Assembly: GCA_963716025.1 (NCBI GenBank) | Contig: CAVQSY010000023.1 | Coordinates: 7,876-71,875 of the forward strand | Reading direction: 5' to 3' | DNA: 64,000 nucleotides | From: an uncultured Chloroflexia bacterium | GTDB taxonomy: Bacteria; Chloroflexota; Limnocylindria; Limnocylindrales; CSP1-4 | Shown: in pieces, positions 13,406 through 24,141 of the stretch | Position numbering within the stretch: the first letter of the stretch is position 1 | How the letters are laid out: the number at the start of each line of letters is the position of its first letter | The notes under the pieces: model-generated | Told to the model about the DNA's origin: nothing | Database searches by the model: none | Seen by the model: the letters and a program-made list of their open reading frames with translations, nothing else | Position numbers and translations under genes: made by a program

Positions 13406-14038
13406 GTGGAATTCCGGAAGACGATCGCCGTCGTGCTGGCCGCCAGCGCCCTTGCCGCCGCGGTCGCCGCCCCGGTGGCAGCCGCCGACCCCAGCGTCGT
13501 CGACGTGCTCGCCGCAGACGGGCAGAAGTTCGACACCATGTGGAGCGACTACGACATCGTGGAGCGTGCGGCTCTCACCGTCCTCGCCGCCAAGCCCTCC
13601 AGCGCCGTCGGGGCGCTCGCCGACCCCACCGCGACGCTGACCGTGTTCGCACCCACCGATCGCGCCTTCCGGAAGCTCGTCCACGATCTGACCGGCGTGC
13701 GCCCGGCCACTGAGGCGCGGACGTTCAACAAGCTCGTCAAGGCCGTCGAGGGCCTGGTCGGGCCGAGGAACACGATCGATACGATCGAGGCCATCCTGCT
13801 GTACCACGTGGTGCCCGGCAACGTGCCGTCCTCTGCCGCGCTCGGGCTCGATGGCGCCAAGGTTGCGACCGCCAGCGGCGTCAAGTTCACGGTCAGGGTC
13901 GACACCAGCGTTCGGCTGGCCGACAAGGACCGCAACGCCCGCAACGCGCGGCTGGTCCTCGACCGCCTCGATATCGGCGCCGGCCTCAGCGTCATCCACA
14001 CGATCAACCGGGTCCTACGACCGATCGACCTCCCCTGA
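13406..14038 (+). CDS. Secreted fasciclin (FAS1) domain protein
   Basis: There is a GTG start after AGGAGG and a signal peptide (AVVLAASALAAAVAAPVAAA). FAS1-type motifs are present (LTVFAPTDRAF, ILLYHVVPG, VIHTINRVL). Confidence 0.8.
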   Translation: MEFRKTIAVVLAASALAAAVAAPVAAADPSVVDVLAADGQKFDTMWSDYDIVERAALTVLAAKPSSAVGALADPTATLTVFAPTDRAFRKLVHDLTGVRPATEARTFNKLVKAVEGLVGPRNTIDTIEAILLYHVVPGNVPSSAALGLDGAKVATASGVKFTVRVDTSVRLADKDRNARNARLVLDRLDIGAGLSVIHTINRVLRPIDLP

Positions 14039-14062
14039 CCCCAGTCCCATCCCCACGCCATC

Positions 14063-14094
14063 GGATCAGCCAGGCCTCACGGCCCGGCTGATCC
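14063..14094 (+). terminator. Stem-loop downstream of the fasciclin gene (possible terminator, no U-tract)
   Basis: GGATCAGCC (14063-14071) pairs with GGCTGATCC (14086-14094), with additional inner GGCC pairing. Confidence 0.35.
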
Positions 14095-14510
14095 GAATTC
14101 CGGGGACTCGACGGCGGCGCGGGCAGGCGTCTGCGTGCTGGTCCGCGTCCGAGACGTGGATGCGGGCCATCGCTTTGGGGCGCGGCCAATGGCAGGTGGC
14201 CGCTTCGTCGATTCGGGGCCCGTGATCCATGCCCGAGCCCTCCGGCCCGGACTCGGCGCCCAGCAACGGCAGCATGATCACCACCGGTGATCAATCACGA
14301 CTACGTGGCACCGGCGGCGCCCCGCCAGCGAACGTGGAACGTGCCTGGGCCGTCGTACCGGCCGATGTCAGCTCGATCATCACCACTCGTGATCGGCTTG
14401 GGCTGCTTCACCGGGTCGAGCCCGAGGGCAAGGCGACATCGATCAGGGTTGATGATCGGCCGGATGATCGAGTGGCCGGCGCGGGCGGTGACTCCGGGCC
14501 GGCTGTCCGA

Positions 14511-15359
14511 CTAGGTTCCCGAACGCCAGTCCGAGACCGTCGTGTCGAGGAAGCCGATCACGCTGCGGTAGTAGCGGCGGCGAGCATAGGGGTCGAGGAT
14601 CGCGGTCGCTCCCGGGGTCCGCACCGACGTGAACTGGAAGTCGAAGTCCCGCGTCCGGCTCGGGTCGGTCCAGAACAGCTGCGAGAGGGTCGTCGCGCCA
14701 GCAGCATCGAACAGCCCGTTGATCACGTATTTCACGCTCGTGATGCCGCTCGCGTAGACCGCCTTCGCCCCTGCTCTCAGGAAGCCGCGACCGTAGTTGT
14801 CGACCCGCTTGATGGCCGTCGACTTCTTCGGGTTGCCGGCACCCCACTCATTGTTGCCGGATGCGTAGCACAGACGGTTCAGGACGACGACCGCGTTCCT
14901 GGCCAGGTCGAGCTTCGCCATGTACGACTCACCGTAGTACCGCAGGTTCGAGTTGCCGTGACGTGCGCTCCGGTTGAGGCCGAACCCGTCCTTCGAGTCG
15001 GCCGAGAACGGGGCGTACGGGCTGGGCCAGCCATTGCCGTGACCGAGGTAGATGAGGAGGCTCGCACCCTCGGCGGCGTTGCGAACGCGCTTCCAGGTAG
15101 CCCTTGGGCTGTAGACCTTCTTCACGTTGGCGCCGTAGCTGCGAGCCAGGTCGGCGAGCTTGTTGGCACCGGACTTGTAGTCCCGGGTGGCACTGCCCAC
15201 GGGACCGACCACGATCACCACCTTGGCGGTCGCCGCCCGGGTCTCGGGGGCCGTGGCGGCCGCCGCCGTCACGAGGACCAGCGCGGCGAGGAGGGCGCTG
15301 GCGAGGGATCGAACCGTTCTGGCGGACGCCCGTTGGGCGCCATTCCGTTGCTGGGGCAA
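14511..15359 (-). CDS. Secreted hypothetical protein with a possible gingipain/caspase-like (clan CD) His-Cys pattern
   Basis: The ORF extends to 15470, but a TTG at 15359 is preceded by GGAGG and followed by a signal peptide (SLASALLAALVLVTAAAATA). Candidate catalytic motifs are LLIYLGHGNGWPSPY and, about 55 residues later, VVVLNRLCYASGNNEW. Confidence 0.55.
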   Translation of the reverse strand: MPQQRNGAQRASARTVRSLASALLAALVLVTAAAATAPETRAATAKVVIVVGPVGSATRDYKSGANKLADLARSYGANVKKVYSPRATWKRVRNAAEGASLLIYLGHGNGWPSPYAPFSADSKDGFGLNRSARHGNSNLRYYGESYMAKLDLARNAVVVLNRLCYASGNNEWGAGNPKKSTAIKRVDNYGRGFLRAGAKAVYASGITSVKYVINGLFDAAGATTLSQLFWTDPSRTRDFDFQFTSVRTPGATAILDPYARRRYYRSVIGFLDTTVSDWRSGT

Positions 15360-15732
15360 TCGTCGTGCCTCCGTTCCACCGGAACACCGCTGGGGCGCGG
15401 TGACGGTCGGATGTTGGCCGTTCGCCAGCGGGCGCTGGAGCCACAAGGACGCGCTGCGGCGCGAAGCCAAGGCTCGAGGCGAGCCGACCGGAGTCGGGTC
15501 GCGGGCTTGGGTGGCGGACCACCCCGAGAGGTGACAGGAGGGCCTGCCGGGGGCGACGGCTCTTTGGTTGTGGCCTATCTGCGTTCAGATGTCGACCTGT
15601 GGGTCGGCGCGAGTATGCCAGAGGTGACCCCGCGTCGTCCCCGAGCCATCCGGCCCGTGAAACGGGGAGCCGATATCGTAGAAATGGCACCTGCGTTCCG
15701 AGATGCGGCACGGGGCGGCGAGGAGAGGCGCG

Positions 15733-16771
15733 GTGGTTGACGGAACGGGGGTTGCCCTGGCCACGCAGGCGTTGGCCAAGCGATACGGCCCACGCATCGC
15801 GCTCGACGGGCTCGACCTGCGGGTGCCGACCGGCGTGGTCTACGGGTTCCTGGGGCCCAATGGAGCCGGCAAGACCACGACGATGCGGATCCTCACCGGC
15901 CTGGTCCGTCCCGATGCCGGGCGGGTGGAGCTCCTTGGCCGCCCCTTCGGACGCGCTGACCGCCGGCGGCTGTTCGACGTGGGCGCCCTGATCGAGGCGC
16001 CGTCGTTCTACCCGTACCTGTCCGGCCGCGAGAACCTTCGGGTCCTTGCGGCAGCCGGTGCCCCGACGCCGCCGTCGCGCGTCGATGAGCTGCTCACGCT
16101 GGTGAATCTCCGGGACCGGGCCGGCGACCGTGTCTCCGGCTACTCGCTGGGGATGAAGCAGCGGCTCGGAATCGCGGGCGCGCTCCTCTCGGATCCCCGC
16201 CTGCTGCTTCTCGATGAGCCTGCGAATGGCCTCGATCCGGCCGGGATCGCGGGCATGCGCGACACGCTGCGCGCGCTGGCGGCAGTCGGCAAGACCGTGT
16301 TCGTGTCGAGTCACCTCCTGTCCGAGATCGGGCAGCTCGCCGATGTCGTCGGGATCATCGCGCGGGGACGGCTTGTCCGGCGAGGGCCGCATCGAGGACC
16401 TGCTGCGCGAGGAGGGCTCTGTCCGGGTGCGGGTGGCATCGAGCGAGGTCCCCGCGGCCGGCGCCGTGCTGGAGTCAGTGGCGGGTCCACGCGCCGTCCG
16501 GGCCGAGGTCGGGCCGGAGGCGGGCTGGATCGAGGTGCGGATCGACCCGGCTCGAGCTGCCGAGCTCAATCGCGCCCTGGCCTCGACCGGCGTGTTCGCG
16601 TCACGGATCGAGGCCGGGACGACGCTCGAGGCGCTGTTCCTCAACCTGACCGGGACGAGGCCCGACGTCGGTGGCGCCGCGCAGAGATCAGCCTCGGCGA
16701 GCGGCGGAGGCGACGCCGGCGGGGGCGCGACCCCACCGGCGCCCGGAGCCGTCCCCGGGTGGCCGTCGTGA
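15733..16771 (+). CDS. ABC transporter ATP-binding protein (ABC-2 exporter type), one frame change near 16375
   Basis: Walker A GPNGAGKTT, signature YSLGMKQRL and Walker B LLLLDEPANGLD are present. The C-terminal domain continues in the 16214 ORF. There is a GTG start after AGGAGAGG. Confidence 0.85.
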
Positions 16772-17582
16772 GGCTGTTGCGCGCGGACCTCCGCAAGCTC
16801 CGGAGACGGCCGGCGACGTGGGTCACGTTCCTGCTCCTGGTCGCGCTCCACGCCCTGGTGACGTTCTTCGTCATCGTGGGCAGCAAGGCATCGGCGGATC
16901 CGATGGCCGCGCTCGCCGCCCGCCAGTTCCTCACCTTCCCGACGGCGTATGAGCTGATCCTGTCGATGGTCATCGGGATCGGTGGGCTGCTCGCGGTGAC
17001 GTACGGCGCGGCAATCGCCGGCTCCGAGTGGTCCTGGGGGACGCTCAAGGCTGCGGTCGCGCGGGGCGAGGGGCGGGCGACGTACACGCTGGTCGGCTTC
17101 ACGGCAGTCGCGGTGTTCACGTGGGTCGGCCTCGTCGGAGCGTTCCTCGTGGGCGTCGCCGTCACCGCCCTGGGGCTGCCCTGACCGGCGTCGGGCTGTC
17201 GGGGATGGGCGATGGCGACACCCTCCTCCGGCTGCCGGAGCTGTTCGTTCGCTCCGGTCTGGCGATGGCGATGAATGCGGCACTGGGCTTCGCGATCGCG
17301 ACCGTCACCCGCAGCCAGCTCGCCGGGATCGGCGTGGGGATCGGGCTCTACTTCGCCGAGGGGATCGCCGGCATCTTCGCCCCGCACGTTCTCAAGTGGT
17401 TCCCGTTCACGGCGTCGGGCGCGGTGGTCAGCAGCGGATCAGGTGGGAGCGTGGTGGTCAACGGCACGGAGGTGGGAGCGACGCTCGACCCCTCGACGGC
17501 GATCGTCGTCACCGTCCTGTGGCTGATTGCGGCACTCGCGGTCGCGGTGCTGCGCACGGAGCGCGCCGAGATCGGGGGCTGA
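16768..17582 (+). CDS. ABC-2 family permease, one frame change near 17180
   Basis: A GTGA overlap joins it to the ATPase stop. Multi-TM sequence (TWVTFLLLVALHALVTFFVIV, ILSMVIGIGGLLAVTYGAAIAGSEWSWGT) continues in the 17028 ORF. Confidence 0.75.
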
Positions 17583-17621
17583 GCGAGGGACGGGCGCCGG
17601 CGTGGCGGGCCGCGCCACGGG

Positions 17622-18122
17622 TCAGGCGCGGCGAGCAATCGACGCCACCGACCCGCCAACCAAGGCCACGAGATCCACGACCGCCAGCTCGATCTCCAGG
17701 CCACGCCGGCCAGCCGATACGTGGATCGTCGGCCACGCACCCGCCGAGGTGTCCACGACCACCGGCAGCCGGCGCCGCGTACCGACTGGCGAGATCCCGC
17801 CCAGCACGTACCCGGTCGCCCGCTCGGCCTCCCCGAACGGGGCCACCACGGCTCTCCGGCCACCCAGCGCGCCGGCCGCGGCCTTGAGGTCGACCTCGGA
17901 ACCCGCCGGGACCACGGCAAGTCCAAGCCGCTCGTCCACGCTGAGGACGATCGTCTTGAACACGCGGCTCGCCTCGATCCCCAGCGCGTCCACCGCCTCG
18001 AGCGCATACCCGCGCCCACCATCGCGCACGGCAGGCCGGGCACTCAGCGCATATTCATGCACCGTATGCGCGATTCCTGCGCGGAGCACTGCATCGATGG
18101 CCCGCGTTCCCCGAGAACTCAT
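17622..18122 (-). CDS. ybaK: YbaK/EbsC-family Cys-tRNA(Pro) deacylase
   Basis: This 166-aa protein runs from the internal ATG (MSSRGTRAIDAVLRAGIAHTVHEY). VFKTIVL, DLKAAAGALGG and ERATGYVLGGISPVG are typical of YbaK. Confidence 0.75.
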   Translation of the reverse strand: MSSRGTRAIDAVLRAGIAHTVHEYALSARPAVRDGGRGYALEAVDALGIEASRVFKTIVLSVDERLGLAVVPAGSEVDLKAAAGALGGRRAVVAPFGEAERATGYVLGGISPVGTRRRLPVVVDTSAGAWPTIHVSAGRRGLEIELAVVDLVALVGGSVASIARRA

Positions 18123-18309
18123 GGCCGCATTTTCGCGTATGCTCGGGCTGGTTGGGCGGTGCCTCGGACCACGCCGCAACACGGCCCACGCCGCCCGTGC
18201 GCACCGCGAGGGCGCCCGCGCCGGGACAACAAGACACGACCTCCCAACCCGCTGGGCGATCGGCCCCGTACCGGGCGACCGGCCCTGAACCGAAGGAACG
18301 CGACCCACC

Positions 18310-19605
18310 TTGCAATTCGAAGACCTGGGGCTTTCGGCCGACCTCCTGCAGACCGTCGCCGAGGAGGGGTACACCGAGCCGACGCCGGTCCAGGAGCGCG
18401 CCATCCCCCTCATCCTCGAGGGCAGGGATGTCCTTGCTGCCGCCCAGACGGGCACCGGCAAGACGGCGGCGTTCACCCTGCCCATCCTCGACCGCCTCCG
18501 GCCCCACGCGAACACCTCGTTCTCTCCGGCGCGCCACCCTGTGCGGGTCCTGGTGCTGACGCCCACGCGTGAGCTGGCCGTCCAGGTGGCGGAGGCGATC
18601 AAGACCTACGGCCGCAAGGTGCCGCTCCGGGCGGCGGTGGTCTACGGCGGCGTCCCGCTCGACCCCCAGATCAAGGAGTTGCGCGGCGGCGTCGAGATCC
18701 TGGTGGCCACGCCCGGGCGCCTGCTGGACCTCGTCGGGCAGCGCGCCGCGAACCTGGGCCAGGCGGAGATCCTGGTGCTCGACGAGGCGGATCGCATGCT
18801 GGACATGGGGTTCATGCCCGACATCCGGCGGATCCTTGACCTGCTGGTGAGCCGCAAGCAGACGCTGCTCTTCTCGGCCACCTTCAGCGACGACATCAAG
18901 CGCCTCGCCGGCTCGATCTTGAGCAACCCCGAGACGATCGAGGTTGCCCGCCACGGAACCGCTGCCGAGACCGTCCGCCAGCTGGTCTACCCGGTGGATC
19001 GGGACCGCAAGGAGGAGCTGCTTCGCCACCTGGTGATCGACGGTGACTGGCACCAGGTCCTGGTGTTCACCCGGACGAAGCTCGCTGCGTCGCGACTCGC
19101 CTCATGGCTGGATCGCCACGACGTGGCCGCCACCGCCATCCACTCGGACCGGGCGCAGGCGGATCGGACGAAGGCGCTGACGTCGTTCAAGGCGGGCGAG
19201 ATCCGGGTCCTCGTCGCCACCGATGTCGCGGCCCGGGGCCTGGACATCGACAACCTGCCCCACGTGGTGAACTTCGAGCTGCCCTGGAACCCGGAGGACT
19301 ACGTCCACCGCATCGGGCGGACCGGGCGCGCGGGGGCGACCGGGGACGCGATCAGCCTGGTGACCGTAGACGAGGCCGATCTCCTGCGGGGCGTCCAGCG
19401 CTTGCTCCAGCGGGCGATCGCGTGGGAGGTCGCCGACGGGTTCGAACCCAGCAGGCAGGAGGCACAGCCGCTGCGCGCACCACGGGGTGCGGGCGGGCCG
19501 GCTGGCGGCGGCCGGGCTGGTGGTCGGGCTGGCGCCGGCGGTCGGGCTGGCGCCGGGAGCCGGGCCGCCGGGAGCCGAACGCCGGGATCTCGAAGCCGGA
19601 CCTAG
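18310..19605 (+). CDS. rhlE: DEAD-box ATP-dependent RNA helicase (RhlE-like)
   Basis: It has the Q motif (TEPTPVQ), [18 protein letters not shown] ([13 protein letters not shown]), SAT and [10 protein letters not shown], plus a Gly/Arg-rich tail. Confidence 0.9.
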   Translation: MQFEDLGLSADLLQTVAEEGYTEPTPVQERAIPLILEGRDVLAAAQTGTGKTAAFTLPILDRLRPHANTSFSPARHPVRVLVLTPTRELAVQVAEAIKTYGRKVPLRAAVVYGGVPLDPQIKELRGGVEILVATPGRLLDLVGQRAANLGQAEILVLDEADRMLDMGFMPDIRRILDLLVSRKQTLLFSATFSDDIKRLAGSILSNPETIEVARHGTAAETVRQLVYPVDRDRKEELLRHLVIDGDWHQVLVFTRTKLAASRLASWLDRHDVAATAIHSDRAQADRTKALTSFKAGEIRVLVATDVAARGLDIDNLPHVVNFELPWNPEDYVHRIGRTGRAGATGDAISLVTVDEADLLRGVQRLLQRAIAWEVADGFEPSRQEAQPLRAPRGAGGPAGGGRAGGRAGAGGRAGAGSRAAGSRTPGSRSRT

Positions 19606-21050
19606 GGAGCCGGCGTGGGCGAGGGGGACGCATCCGGCTCGGGCAGCGGCGGCAGGATCAGCTTGAGCAGTCCCTCGGCGATCCGGGCAGGATCCTGCAC
19701 CCCCTGGTTCGTCAGCACGGCGACCGTCACCCCTTCGCCGGGCAGGTAGCGGACGACGTTGCGGAACCCCAGGAAGCGGCCTGAGTGGCCGAGCGCGGGG
19801 CGTCCCGCGATGGGCAGTGCCTGGATCCCGAGCCCGTACGGGATCTCGGCATCGAGCGCCTTGGTATGCGCGACGTCGGCAAGCATCTCGCGCTGCATCG
19901 CGGGTCCCACCACATCGCCGCCGGCGTACGCCCGCATCCAGCGCGCGGCGTCGAACGCGGTGGCGGCGATTGAGCCCGCGCCACCGGCGGCGGTCACGAC
20001 CGAGCGGAACGGCATCACGTCGCTGAGCTTTGCCACGGCGACGGGGCGCAGGCCGCCCCCGGTCGCGGGCAGCAGCCGGTAGCCCTGCGTTCCATCCGCA
20101 CGGGGCTCCTCGACGGCCTGGTACCACGCCGACTCCAGCGAGAGGGGGGCCAGGATCCGGTCACGGACCTCGCTTGCGAGCGACCGGCCGGTGACCACCT
20201 CCACCAGCTCGCCCAGCAGCAGGTAGTTCGAGTTGGAGTACAGCCAGACCCGGTCGGGGCGAAAGCGCTTGGCGGGCGGGGCGACATACGCCCACGTCTG
20301 CTCCGCCGTCCACGCCGCCGCCTTGTCAGCCTGCAACGGCCGATCGATCTTCGCGTTGAGGAAGTAGTCGGGGATGCCGCTCGTGTGGTCGAGGAGCTCG
20401 CGCACGGTGATCCTGCGGTCGATGCCGTAGGTCGGCAGCAACGGCGCCACGCGCCCGTCGAGCGAGAGCTTGCCCTCCTCCACCAGCTGCAGCACGACGC
20501 CGGCGGTCAGGGTCTTGGAGATCGAGGCCAGTGCGAACGCCGTCCCGGTGGTCATCTGGTCTCCGGCCTTCACGTTGCGAAGGCCTGACGCACCCAGCCA
20601 CTGCCGTCCATCGTCCCACAGGATCGCGACGGACACCCCCGGGACGCTGAGCCGTTCGCGGATCTTGTCGAGGCGTGCCTGGAGTGCACCGGCAGGAACG
20701 CCGGTCGGGTCCAGGCTTGGCGAGGGAGTCGGTGTCCCTGGCGCGGCCGTCGCCGGGGGTCCGGTTGGCGACGGGGTCGGGGCAATCGCCGTGGGCGACG
20801 ATCCGGGCGTGCTCGCCGTCGACGACGGGACCGGCGCGACGGCCGCCGAAGCTCCGGGGCTTGCCTGTGCCGCCTCACCCGTCGACCGGCCAGCACCAAG
20901 TGAGCCCCCGACGGCCACCAGCGCGATGAGCATGGCAACGGCCGCGATCCCCGCTCCGGCCCGCGTCCGCAGCACGGCCGCGATCCGGGATCCGAGCGGA
21001 GGACGACCACCTCCCGGACGGACGTGAGGCGATCGGGCGGCGTTTGGCAT
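19602..21050 (-). CDS. Serine hydrolase of the beta-lactamase / D-Ala-D-Ala carboxypeptidase (class C-like) family, membrane anchored
   Basis: It has an SxxK motif ([13 protein letters not shown]) and YSNSNY. The N-terminal TM ([16 protein letters not shown]) is followed by a Pro/Ser/Thr linker. The start is taken at the ATG at 21050 (MPNAARS). Confidence 0.8.
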   Translation of the reverse strand: MPNAARSPHVRPGGGRPPLGSRIAAVLRTRAGAGIAAVAMLIALVAVGGSLGAGRSTGEAAQASPGASAAVAPVPSSTASTPGSSPTAIAPTPSPTGPPATAAPGTPTPSPSLDPTGVPAGALQARLDKIRERLSVPGVSVAILWDDGRQWLGASGLRNVKAGDQMTTGTAFALASISKTLTAGVVLQLVEEGKLSLDGRVAPLLPTYGIDRRITVRELLDHTSGIPDYFLNAKIDRPLQADKAAAWTAEQTWAYVAPPAKRFRPDRVWLYSNSNYLLLGELVEVVTGRSLASEVRDRILAPLSLESAWYQAVEEPRADGTQGYRLLPATGGGLRPVAVAKLSDVMPFRSVVTAAGGAGSIAATAFDAARWMRAYAGGDVVGPAMQREMLADVAHTKALDAEIPYGLGIQALPIAGRPALGHSGRFLGFRNVVRYLPGEGVTVAVLTNQGVQDPARIAEGLLKLILPPLPEPDASPSPTPAP

Positions 21051-21091
21051 GGGATGACGATACGCTTGACCGCCCCAGTGAGCAGGAGCCA

Positions 21092-22309
21092 ATGCCCGAC
21101 GACCGCAGCGCCCCCGTCCTGATCCGCGAAGTCGGCCTGATGGCTGACGGCCCAGCACCGTGGGGTCGTCCGCTCAGGCATACGGGACCCGGCGTGTTCG
21201 TCGTGGAATTGCCCGCGCCATTGGCCGCGCCCTCGCTTGATCTCGCGCTGGTGGGCAAGTGGCTGGAACGCGTCCCGCAGCTGTCGCTCGATGGCGCGCG
21301 CCCGGTGTCGAAGGACCTCCAGCATCGGCTGGCCGCGTTCTGGTTGCCGTCCCAGCCGATCCTCCTGGTCGGGGGCTCCAGCGGCTCCGTCGCGGGCCGT
21401 CTGTCGGCGATGGCGCGAACGGTGCCTGGTGACCGCAAGCCTGCCTGGACCGGGTTCTGGCTGCACTTCCTGCGCAACGCGTCCGACCTGCGCGTCTGGT
21501 GGGCTGCCACGACCGACCCGGAGCTGTACGAGGATGCGCTGATCGACGCGTTCGCCTCCCGCGTGTCGGAGGCGGAGAGGCGGAAGCTCCCCGGGGACGC
21601 GACGGCGATGCCGTGGGCGGTGCTCCGGACGCCATCCGGCATCCGGAAGCCGACGGGGATCGCCAACCCGCTCCTTCCCGAGGTCAAGGCTCCAGCACCC
21701 AGGGCCGTCTCGCGGATCGTGGACCTGCCCCCGGCTGAAGCCGACGGCGCCAGGGACGAGGCGAAGCGCGGCCGACGACCGTCCCCGGGGAGAGGCACCG
21801 GGCGGATCGCGGCGGCGGCTGCCTTCGCGGCCCAGGGTTCGCCGCGCAAGGTCCCGGAGCCCGTGATCCTCTCGCCGGAGGGCCACGAGCGACTCCAGGG
21901 CGAGCACGCGGAGCTCGTTGCCCAGCGCCCGGACGTGATCCGGCGGATCGCGACCGCCCGCGAGCACGGGGACCTCAAGGAGAATGCCGAGTATCACGCC
22001 GCCCGTGAGGAGCAGGGCTTCCTCGAGGGGCGGATCAAGTCGCTCGAGGCGAAGCTCAAGGTGGCCGTCGTGGTCGCCCCAACGGAACGGGGGGCCGCCG
22101 TGGGGCTGGGATCCCGCGTCCGCGTGTCGGAGGACGGCGACGAGGCCGTCATGCAAGTCGTGTCGTCGGCCGAGGCGGACTCGCGCCAGGGCCGAATCTC
22201 GTCCGCGTCTCCGGTGGGTGCGGCCCTGATGGGCCGCAAGGTCGGCGACGCGATCACGGTCATCACGCCCGGAGGCCAGATCCGCTACGAGATCCTCGAG
22301 ATCTCGTAG
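21092..22309 (+). CDS. greA: GreA/GreB-family transcript-cleavage factor with an approximately 245-aa N-terminal extension
   Basis: The C-terminal ~155 aa form a GreA coiled coil plus globular domain (GDLKENAEYHAAREEQGFLEGRIKSLEAKL, ISSASPVGAALMGRKVGD). The N-terminal part is unrelated. The ATG at 21092 is preceded by AGGAG. Confidence 0.75.
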   Translation: MPDDRSAPVLIREVGLMADGPAPWGRPLRHTGPGVFVVELPAPLAAPSLDLALVGKWLERVPQLSLDGARPVSKDLQHRLAAFWLPSQPILLVGGSSGSVAGRLSAMARTVPGDRKPAWTGFWLHFLRNASDLRVWWAATTDPELYEDALIDAFASRVSEAERRKLPGDATAMPWAVLRTPSGIRKPTGIANPLLPEVKAPAPRAVSRIVDLPPAEADGARDEAKRGRRPSPGRGTGRIAAAAAFAAQGSPRKVPEPVILSPEGHERLQGEHAELVAQRPDVIRRIATAREHGDLKENAEYHAAREEQGFLEGRIKSLEAKLKVAVVVAPTERGAAVGLGSRVRVSEDGDEAVMQVVSSAEADSRQGRISSASPVGAALMGRKVGDAITVITPGGQIRYEILEIS

Positions 22310-22357
22310 CTCAAGGTTCGGGCATACCCGGGGGCCCGCCGCCCGGCCAGACGCCGG

Positions 22358-23050
22358 TCAGCGAGGTCGTTGCGAGTCCGGGCGTCGCCGGCCGCCGAAG
22401 AAGCTGAGCACGACCAGCAGCGCCCCGAGCCCGATCACGGCGAACGGCAGGATCTCCCCGAGGTTGGGGATCGGGTCGCCGGAGAGCCCGATGACGCCCT
22501 CGAAGAACAGTGCGAACCCCAGGAACAGGCCGATGCCCACCAGCATCGTGCGGAACCCGTCGCTGACGAGCTCGCCATCGCGGTGGACGAGGCCGTAGAT
22601 CAGCATGCCGAGACCCGGTCCCGTCGGTGCCACCAGCGCCCAGGCATAGGCCCAGGTCGCGTACAGGCCATACGTTTCCTGGACCCACAGGATCAGCCCC
22701 ACGATGGTGACGATCGTCCCGGGGATCGCCAGGCCCACGCCACCCTTGGACGGGATGAACAGCGAGCCGACCAGCATCGCCACCCCGGGCACCACGATCC
22801 ACAGCGGCCACGTCACGCCGATGACGCTGAGGTCGACGACCCGGGCCAGGAGCAGCGCCCCGCCGATGAACACGAGGATGATCCCGGCGACGAGTCCGGG
22901 CGGCGTCGAGCGCCCGGCGCCGCGGAAGGGGGCCGCCGTCCCGAAGGGCGGGTTGGCACCCGGCGGTGCTGTCCCGACCGGCGGCGGAATGGTCGGCGTA
23001 CGGTCGTCTGGACCCGGGCCGGAACCCGGGAACGGATCGCGTGTGGTCAT
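22358..23050 (-). CDS. Integral membrane protein, function unknown
   Basis: A Pro-rich cytoplasmic N-terminus is followed by about 6 TM helices (GLVAGIILVFIGGALLLA, WPLWIVVPGVAMLVGSLFI and others). The start is at the internal ATG (MTTRDPF). Confidence 0.6.
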   Translation of the reverse strand: MTTRDPFPGSGPGPDDRTPTIPPPVGTAPPGANPPFGTAAPFRGAGRSTPPGLVAGIILVFIGGALLLARVVDLSVIGVTWPLWIVVPGVAMLVGSLFIPSKGGVGLAIPGTIVTIVGLILWVQETYGLYATWAYAWALVAPTGPGLGMLIYGLVHRDGELVSDGFRTMLVGIGLFLGFALFFEGVIGLSGDPIPNLGEILPFAVIGLGALLVVLSFFGGRRRPDSQRPR

Positions 23051-23219
23051 GACGGGCAAACCTCCCTGCACAAGCCTGATGCTACACGCGGCGGGCATCT
23101 GCGCACGGCTGATCGCCTGGCGGGGCCGTGAAGGGGACGGGCGACCCGGAGTATCGTGGATCGGCCGGCGTCTGCCGGCGCATGCGCTGTCGGGCATCTC
23201 GGCGCGCCAAGGGAGGCCG

Positions 23220-24141
23220 ATGCTCGAGATCCGTCGACTCACCAAGCGTTACGGGCCCGTCACCGCCCTCGACGATGCGTCGTTCAGCGCGATGCGCGGG
23301 CGGTTGGTCGGGTTCCTCGGTCCCAACGGCGCCGGCAAGACCACGGCGATGCGCTGCATCTTCGGGCTCGCCACACCCGACGCCGGAGACGTGCGGTGGG
23401 ATTCCCGGCCGGTGGATGCCCGGGCGCGGCTCCGCTTCGGCTACATGCCCGAGCAGCGCGGCCTCTATCCGCGGATGCGTGTCGCCGAGCAGCTCGCGTA
23501 CTTCGGCCAGCACCATGGGCTCTCAGGGCGCGACGCGCGGGAACGTGCGGGCGTCTGGCTGGAGCGATTTCGGGCTGACCGACCGCTCGAGGTCGAAGCT
23601 CGAGGACCTCTCCCACGGCAACCAGCAGCGGGTCCAGCTCGCGACGGCGCTGGTCCACGACCCGGAGCTGCTCGTCCTCGATGAACCGTTCTCCGGGCTC
23701 GACCCGATCGGGATCTCCACCATGTCCGAGGTCCTGCGGGAGCGGGCGCGAGCCGGAGTCGGGGTCGTCTTCAGCTCGCATCAGCTCGACCTGGTCGAAG
23801 AGGTCTGCGAGGACGTGGTGATCATCAGCCGCGGCCGCGTGGTTGCCGCGGGGAGCATCGAGGCCCTGCGCGCGGCCTCGGGACGGAGGCACCTCGAGGT
23901 CGAGGTGGTCGGTTCGGGGGGAGCGTGGATGGGCACCACGAACCACCACGAGGTGCTCGAACGGAACGGCGATCGGGTCAAGCTGCTCGTCGATGAGGAG
24001 GTCGATCTGGACGTCCTGCTGGCCGCGGCGACCGCGGCGGGTGAGGTGCGGCGATTCAGCTTCGAGCCGCCCCGCCTGTCGGAGCTGTTCATGGAAGCGG
24101 TCAACGCCCCCCAGCCCTCCGCCACCGGAGATGGCCAGTGA
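23220..24141 (+). CDS. ABC transporter ATP-binding protein (NatA/ABC-2 type), one frame change near 23570
   Basis: The ATG follows GGGAGG. Walker A GPNGAGKTT is present, and LSHGNQQRV and LLVLDEPFSGLD lie in the second frame. There is a C-terminal DUF4162-like domain. Confidence 0.85.

Noticed and set aside
14929-17283. 784-aa ORF on the minus strand. Similar giant ORFs occur at 37161-39518(-), 29271-30914(-), 8693-9886(-), 41193-42509(-), 42618-43493(-), 20570-22156(-) and 25802-27439(+).
   Set aside because: They run antisense or out of frame to genes with clear family motifs. They are dominated by Arg/Pro/Gly/Ala, as expected when stop codons are rare in very GC-rich DNA, and they carry no recognisable domains.
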